Source: an uncultured Thermodesulfobacteriota bacterium (GTDB taxonomy: Bacteria; Desulfobacterota; WTBG01; CAIYCZ01; CAIRTM01). From it: a stretch of 64,000 nucleotides of DNA. Where the stretch lies: positions 21,130 to 85,129 of the forward strand of contig CAZMHH010000001.1 in the NCBI GenBank assembly GCA_964566035.1, read 5' to 3'. The notes beneath the pieces were generated by a model. It was not told the DNA's origin, ran no database searches, and worked only from the letters and a program-made list of their open reading frames with translations. The stretch's first letter is position 1, and every line of letters starts with the position of its first letter. Shown here in pieces: positions 58,877-64,000 of this stretch. The position numbers were made by a program, and so were the translations under genes.

Positions 58877-60556
58877 CTATAACACCTTAACCATCTCTGC
58901 AAGCTGCTCCGGCGGTATAACCTCAGGAGTTGTGGCATAAGGCGGATTAGATATATTTTCAGGATCAAACTCTTTTTTCAACTCCTTGACAAGAAGATGG
59001 ACATTAAAGAACATGGGTCCCAGCAGATCATATGCAGGTCCAAGAAGACACACGGAAGCTCCTGCGCTCTTGTCTGCAAGCATTCCTTTTAGAGAACCAA
59101 GGAGAAGCTGAATAGCCTCTTTTGCTTTTTCAGGCTCCTGCTCGGGCCAAAGATCTGTTGTCATCAAAGCTCCATACCCCTTTTCAAGAGGACTTATCCA
59201 GCCGCCGTGAAAACTGATCGGCAGGAGATGTTTGCCTTTTCCTTCTTCTTTTAATTCCCTTCTCTGCTGCCGGTTTGCCCTCAGTATTTCATCTGTTACA
59301 GCATCTATTGAGTCAAGACAGGCTGTTCCCTGGTGAAAACAGTCACTTGGACGGCTGAGTCTCATAGAATGCCCTGTTCTTATCCAGTCATTTGTAATAC
59401 GCATCCATACTTTATATCTTTCCCTGTCCATTGGATCCTGTGATTCTTCGGACAGGAAAACACCTCCCATCTTCTCAACAATTGCCTTCAGCACTTTTTC
59501 CTCATATTCAAGCTGTTCAAGAGAGGTAATAGCACAAAGAGCAACAATATTATAGCCATGGGGATAGAAATCCTCTCTGGCTCCCCTATGAAACTCCTCT
59601 TTTGACCTTGCAGCCCATGTCCACATGAACTGTTTCGCGTTGTGCTGAACAACAACGGCAAGCTCTGCTCTTGCAATCTCGTAATGAAGATCGCATGACC
59701 AGCGAAGCTGCTCTTCTTCTTTTTCAGGATATGCTTTAATGTTTTCAGGGAAATCAATCATATACCATCTGACTTTATCAGAGGGGAAATACGACTCTTT
59801 TTCAACCGCATTTCCTTGAGTTGGAAATACTGCAGGACCTGGCCATGGGAAAAGCCTTGTGGAAATCTTTGTCACCATGCCCATACCGCCGGCATGTCCA
59901 AACTGAGCACCCCGGAAAAAACCTCGAAGATCAGGTCCTGGCCCGTCATTCCATATCCAGTCTTCTTCTTTTGCTGCCTGGGCAACAGAACCGCTCTTGA
60001 GTATTTCACCATTTGGCAAAACAACTTCAAAGGAAAGAAGTTGGTGAGCACCCAGACCCGATAACCATGAGTTTCCGTAAGCACCATGCCATTGAATGTT
60101 TGCCAGTGCTGAAACCTGCGCCCCGGCAGGGGGTGATGGATGGGTGCAACCTACCTTCATCGCTTCCGCCTGAAGTGCTGCAAAACTGACATATGGTTCT
60201 ATAACCGCATACATATTGTGTTTGTCAATCTTTAATATCTTATCCATTCTTTTGGGGTCAACTATAACCGTTCCGGTTCTATTAGGAAATGCACTGTTTA
60301 TCATTCCGGACCCTCGGGGAATAACCGGAAACTTATATCTTTTTGCAAGCTTGTATATTGCCTGCACTTCATCAGTTGAAGAGGGAAGGACAACACAGGA
60401 AGGTCTCATCTGAACACCGATCATTGCCCTTTGAATACAACCATCAGCAGTCCACTGAACACGGGAATAGGATTGGCAGAGAACAGGATCATCTGTGGCA
60501 AAATCCTCACCAACCACATCTTTTAATGCTTTTAATGCAATTTCTGAATAAGCCAT
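58877..60556 (-). CDS. FAD-linked oxidase (FAD_binding_4; VAO/PCMH-type)
   Basis: FAD_binding_4 N-terminal domain (PRGSGM) and a long cap/substrate domain. Confidence 0.7.
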   Translation of the reverse strand: MAYSEIALKALKDVVGEDFATDDPVLCQSYSRVQWTADGCIQRAMIGVQMRPSCVVLPSSTDEVQAIYKLAKRYKFPVIPRGSGMINSAFPNRTGTVIVDPKRMDKILKIDKHNMYAVIEPYVSFAALQAEAMKVGCTHPSPPAGAQVSALANIQWHGAYGNSWLSGLGAHQLLSFEVVLPNGEILKSGSVAQAAKEEDWIWNDGPGPDLRGFFRGAQFGHAGGMGMVTKISTRLFPWPGPAVFPTQGNAVEKESYFPSDKVRWYMIDFPENIKAYPEKEEEQLRWSCDLHYEIARAELAVVVQHNAKQFMWTWAARSKEEFHRGAREDFYPHGYNIVALCAITSLEQLEYEEKVLKAIVEKMGGVFLSEESQDPMDRERYKVWMRITNDWIRTGHSMRLSRPSDCFHQGTACLDSIDAVTDEILRANRQQRRELKEEGKGKHLLPISFHGGWISPLEKGYGALMTTDLWPEQEPEKAKEAIQLLLGSLKGMLADKSAGASVCLLGPAYDLLGPMFFNVHLLVKELKKEFDPENISNPPYATTPEVIPPEQLAEMVKVL

Positions 60557-60612
60557 TTTTCCTCCTTGCTGCTGTAATTTAACATACAGCTTTATATATT
60601 TGTATATTTATT

Positions 60613-62115
60613 TTATAAATTCATTTTTCCGGGATTTAAGGTTCCGTTTGGATCAAGAATCTTCTTTATTTTCTTAATGGTTTCAAAACTATAGCCTGAA
60701 CGGGAGAAAATAGTATCAGCCCAGTCATAATATGGTCTATAAAAGAAGGCGCCTTCGTTTATCAAGGTTTCGAAAGCCCTTCTTTGAAAACGTTTCACAA
60801 TATCAGTAGTTTTCGAATCATCAGGATTACAGGGAATACCAAACTCAACATGACATACCCGTGCTCTCTGTCTTGGCTGAATATAGAGTCCAAGGTTTCT
60901 GGTGTCAATCCCGAACTCCCCTGCCAGTTCATTAAAAATTGACCAGTATCCGGGAATCTTGTCAAGTCCTGATGAAAATACAATATCAAGACATCCGCCA
61001 AGCTGTCTGTCTTTCCAGTAGACATCACCTTCCCAGGGACTTGTAAGCATGTTCTGCAACCCTACATTGCCGTCAGGAACCGATGGCAATGTCTCAGTAA
61101 CACTGCACTGATACTGCTCTGCAATCTCATTAACAGCTTTTTCCTCATAGTCTATTCTTTCTTCAGGGAAAAACTGTCCGCCCCATAGATTCAGAACTAT
61201 ACAATAACTTGGAAGCCTTTGAGCAAGTTTTGCAATCTCACTTTCAGTTTCTGCAAGTATTGAGGCCATATCGTATGCATTCAGCAAGAAACATTCGTGT
61301 CCAATCTCTCTATGCTGAATAGCATAAAACGGAAGTACAGCATTTTCGAGTTTATCAAAAGGAATAAAAACAACCTTCTGAAGCAATGGCTTGTGGAATA
61401 TTTTTACATTCATAAGAGTGTTGACGCCGAATGTTCCCTGATTCCCGGTCATAAGCCTCCACCAGTCAATTCCAGGGCCGCCTATACTGCAAAGATCCGA
61501 CCTTGTTTTGTCAGGTATCTCCTCAGCCGGCATGCTGTCTATCGACATTGCTCCTGTTCTCATAAGTTCACCGGTCCCCCAAACAAACTCCATCGTCCTC
61601 AAAGGTTCATCACATTCGGTCTTTGCGGAAAGAACCGGCTCTCTTTCTAAAACACTTGTAATAACCGATTTGTCTTTTCTGGCAAGAAGGGGATTAAGTG
61701 GCTGCATTCCATGTTTAGCAAGCTCATCTTTCAGTTCGCCAAATGTTACTCCAGGTTCAATAAGAGCCCAGCGGTTTCTTGTATCAACCCTCGGGATTCT
61801 CTTCATTCCAGAAAGGTCTAAAATAATGCCCCCCTCCTCTGGAATACCCGTACCATAGGTTCCTGTGCCCGAACTTCTCGGGACAACAGGGATGCTGTTA
61901 TCGTCTGCAAACTTTATAACGCCCATAACTTCTTCTCTATTCATTGCTCTTACCACAACATCGGGCATCCTTGCCGGCATGAGGCTTGTGTCAGATGAAT
62001 ATTTCTTCAAAGTTTCAATTTCAGTATGGACATTTTCCTTGCCCACTACCTTTGACAGGGCATCAACAATACTGTTTAAAGTTGTTGCTGGCTCAGTATT
62101 CATATCCTTCTCCAT
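60613..62115 (-). CDS. FAD-linked oxidase (FAD_binding_4; VAO/PCMH-type), paralog
   Basis: FAD_binding_4 (PRSSGTG) and a C-terminal …ILDPNGTLNPGKM. Confidence 0.7.
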   Translation of the reverse strand: MEKDMNTEPATTLNSIVDALSKVVGKENVHTEIETLKKYSSDTSLMPARMPDVVVRAMNREEVMGVIKFADDNSIPVVPRSSGTGTYGTGIPEEGGIILDLSGMKRIPRVDTRNRWALIEPGVTFGELKDELAKHGMQPLNPLLARKDKSVITSVLEREPVLSAKTECDEPLRTMEFVWGTGELMRTGAMSIDSMPAEEIPDKTRSDLCSIGGPGIDWWRLMTGNQGTFGVNTLMNVKIFHKPLLQKVVFIPFDKLENAVLPFYAIQHREIGHECFLLNAYDMASILAETESEIAKLAQRLPSYCIVLNLWGGQFFPEERIDYEEKAVNEIAEQYQCSVTETLPSVPDGNVGLQNMLTSPWEGDVYWKDRQLGGCLDIVFSSGLDKIPGYWSIFNELAGEFGIDTRNLGLYIQPRQRARVCHVEFGIPCNPDDSKTTDIVKRFQRRAFETLINEGAFFYRPYYDWADTIFSRSGYSFETIKKIKKILDPNGTLNPGKMNL

Positions 62116-62795
62116 TTCTTTTTGTTTTATTGTTTGACACTTTAAATCTATATTTTAAGTTTTATTTTTTTATTGTAATATATCAATTAATTTATTTGAC
62201 ATACAGACAAACATGGGATAACCTGCGGTAAGTCAAACTGAATTTTGGTCATAAACCTCAATAAAAACCCTGCCTGAGCCTTTTTGCTTTCACCTGTATT
62301 TTTACTCCTTTTTTCTTGATTCGGAACGACTCAGTTTTCAATTAGTACAGGGTAATTTAACATGGAGGTAATGTCAAGAAAAAACTTTACCTAACTAATT
62401 AAAATGTCTAAATAATAAAGCAATGTAAGCCTTCATGACACAGAATTAATCTTACCATAACAATTTATTATTTCACATCAGTAACTTTAAACCCTTTGAT
62501 AATTTATATCATATTATAAACAGAATGCAACCACATTAGGCATCATTTAAACAATACCAACTTTTTTGAGCTAAAAACTCATGAATACTTCCGCTGTTTA
62601 TAACACCTGATGTTTTCCTGTTAATATTGCTTTTTCACTTGATATGCATCAATGACAGAACAGGCTAAATAGCTGTTGGGATTTCCTGAAAAACCAACGG
62701 ATGGTTCAATTTAATTAATCATTAAAAAACCACTTCTGTTTTAGTTGCACTTTTCTGGAAACCATAACCAAAGGCTATGATTTTACTGAAGCCAA

Positions 62796-63767
62796 TCAAG
62801 AGCATAACCAGCAGGCAACCCTGCGACCATCTTTTTTTTCTTCAAGAGGCGGTTGTTTTTTCATGCATATATCCTTTCTGTCAATATAGCATCTGTTATA
62901 AAAAACACACCCGTCTTGAATATCTGAAATGCCAGGGACTTCACCCTTTAGTATAATCCTTTTCTTTCTACTTGATATGTCAATCGATGGGACCGAGGAG
63001 AGAAGAGCTTTGGTATAGGGATGCATAGGTGTGCTGAAAAGACTGACTTTGGGAGCAAGTTCAACTATTTTTCCAAGATACATTACAGCAACCCTGTCAC
63101 TTACATATCTCACCACGCTCAAATCATGTGAGATAAAAAGATATGTCAGGGAAAACTGCTTCTGTAAGTCCATAAGAAGATTAATTGTCTGAGCCTGTAT
63201 GGAAACATCCAGAGCAGAAACAGGTTCATCAGCCACAATTACCTCCGGTTTCAGACTCAGGGCTCTGGCAAGGCCAATTCTCTGTCGCTGTCCGCTGCTG
63301 AACTGGTGAGGATAACGGTTGTACTGGTCTTTCTGAAGTCCTACAATCTCCATCAATTGCAGGACACCCTGCTTGATAGCTTTGGGTGGCATTATTTTAT
63401 GAATATATAATGGTTCGCCGATTATATTTCCTGCTGTCTTTCTCGGGTTTAAAGATGAAAAGGGGTCCTGAAATACAATTTGAACCCTTTTTCTGAAATC
63501 CTTGAGTCCTTTCTTATTAAGAGCGAAGATATCACTCCCCTGGAAAAGAATTGTCCCGCTGTCGGGCTGTTCAAGCCGCAGGATCATTCGCGCAACGGTG
63601 GATTTGCCACATCCGCTCTCTCCAACAAGTCCCAATGTTTCTCCTTTATGTAAAGACAGGCTCAAATCTTTTACAGCATCTACCTTGACATTCTTTCCTG
63701 AGAAAAAACCTGTGGAGGACAGAAAACTTTTTCTAAGATTTATTATATCAATCAGATTATTTTCCAT
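62796..63767 (-). CDS. Oligopeptide/dipeptide ABC transporter ATP-binding protein (OppF/DppF-like) with C-terminal oligo_HPY domain
   Basis: Walker A GESGCGKST, signature FSSGQRQRIGLARAL, Walker B, and a C-terminal Cys-containing extension. Confidence 0.8.
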   Translation of the reverse strand: MENNLIDIINLRKSFLSSTGFFSGKNVKVDAVKDLSLSLHKGETLGLVGESGCGKSTVARMILRLEQPDSGTILFQGSDIFALNKKGLKDFRKRVQIVFQDPFSSLNPRKTAGNIIGEPLYIHKIMPPKAIKQGVLQLMEIVGLQKDQYNRYPHQFSSGQRQRIGLARALSLKPEVIVADEPVSALDVSIQAQTINLLMDLQKQFSLTYLFISHDLSVVRYVSDRVAVMYLGKIVELAPKVSLFSTPMHPYTKALLSSVPSIDISSRKKRIILKGEVPGISDIQDGCVFYNRCYIDRKDICMKKQPPLEEKKDGRRVACWLCS

Positions 63768-64000
63768 AATTCAGTAAATTAACCACAAAACCTGCAGCAA
63801 AAACCCTTTAACAGTCAAAATTATTATCAAGTTGATTAGTTAAGCAGTTCAATATAAAAACTGCCGAGGAAACATGGGCAAGCCCCATTACGAAAAAATT
63901 AATTATAATGCCAGCACCTGACAAAATGTTTTTCCGATTCACCATTTTTTTTATAGGGCAGCAAGGGAGGCTCCTGTTCAAAACACCTCTCAAACACTTT

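Noticed and set aside
63808-63993. A 61-aa ORF upstream of the OppF-like gene
   Set aside because: Cys/Asn-rich low-complexity translation with no start context. It is probably the 5' region of an upstream opp gene on the same strand running beyond the window, or noise.

Overview
This 64-kb window (about 42% GC) looks like a strictly anaerobic, probably deltaproteobacterial (Desulfobacterales-like) chromosome; that assignment is an inference from gene content. Almost every gene can be assigned a product. The theme is molybdenum/tungsten metabolism and anaerobic redox chemistry. There is a ModB/ModC-type ABC transporter operon with two DUF364-like proteins and an amino-acid-kinase-fold protein (a Mo-storage-like fold). 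There are also a ModA-like and a TupA-like binding protein, two outer-membrane porins, and a MoCF_biosynth-domain protein. Two adjacent xanthine-dehydrogenase-family molybdenum hydroxylase loci carry MocA-like, XdhC, YqeC-like and YqeB-like maturation genes (selenium-dependent molybdenum hydroxylase signature). The right half holds a HydABC-type [FeFe] hydrogenase, class I fumarase, a cluster of four FAD_binding_4 oxidases with a GlcF-like Fe-S protein and an amidohydrolase, and housekeeping genes (tsaD, nadB, pgeF, lpxH-like). The most interesting signal is non-coding: a ~100-nt conserved structured RNA element present in five copies (two of them in tandem). Each copy sits in the 5' leader of a Mo/W-related transcription unit and is followed by an intrinsic terminator immediately before the RBS. 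Three of the leaders are driven by near-perfect sigma70 promoters. I interpret this as a riboswitch family, possibly Moco/Wco-like, that controls the porins, the transporter operon and the MoCF gene. Other points are an unusual GspE/PilB-family ATPase with about eight tandem MshEN-type c-di-GMP-binding motifs in an operon with a MinD/ParA-like ATPase and an HDOD protein, two IS-like paralogous HTH/DDE genes flanking the riboswitch-controlled MoCF gene, three FISUMP-domain lipoprotein paralogs plus one DUF1566 lipoprotein, and a set of short composite intergenic repeats. I found no rRNA, tRNA or CRISPR.
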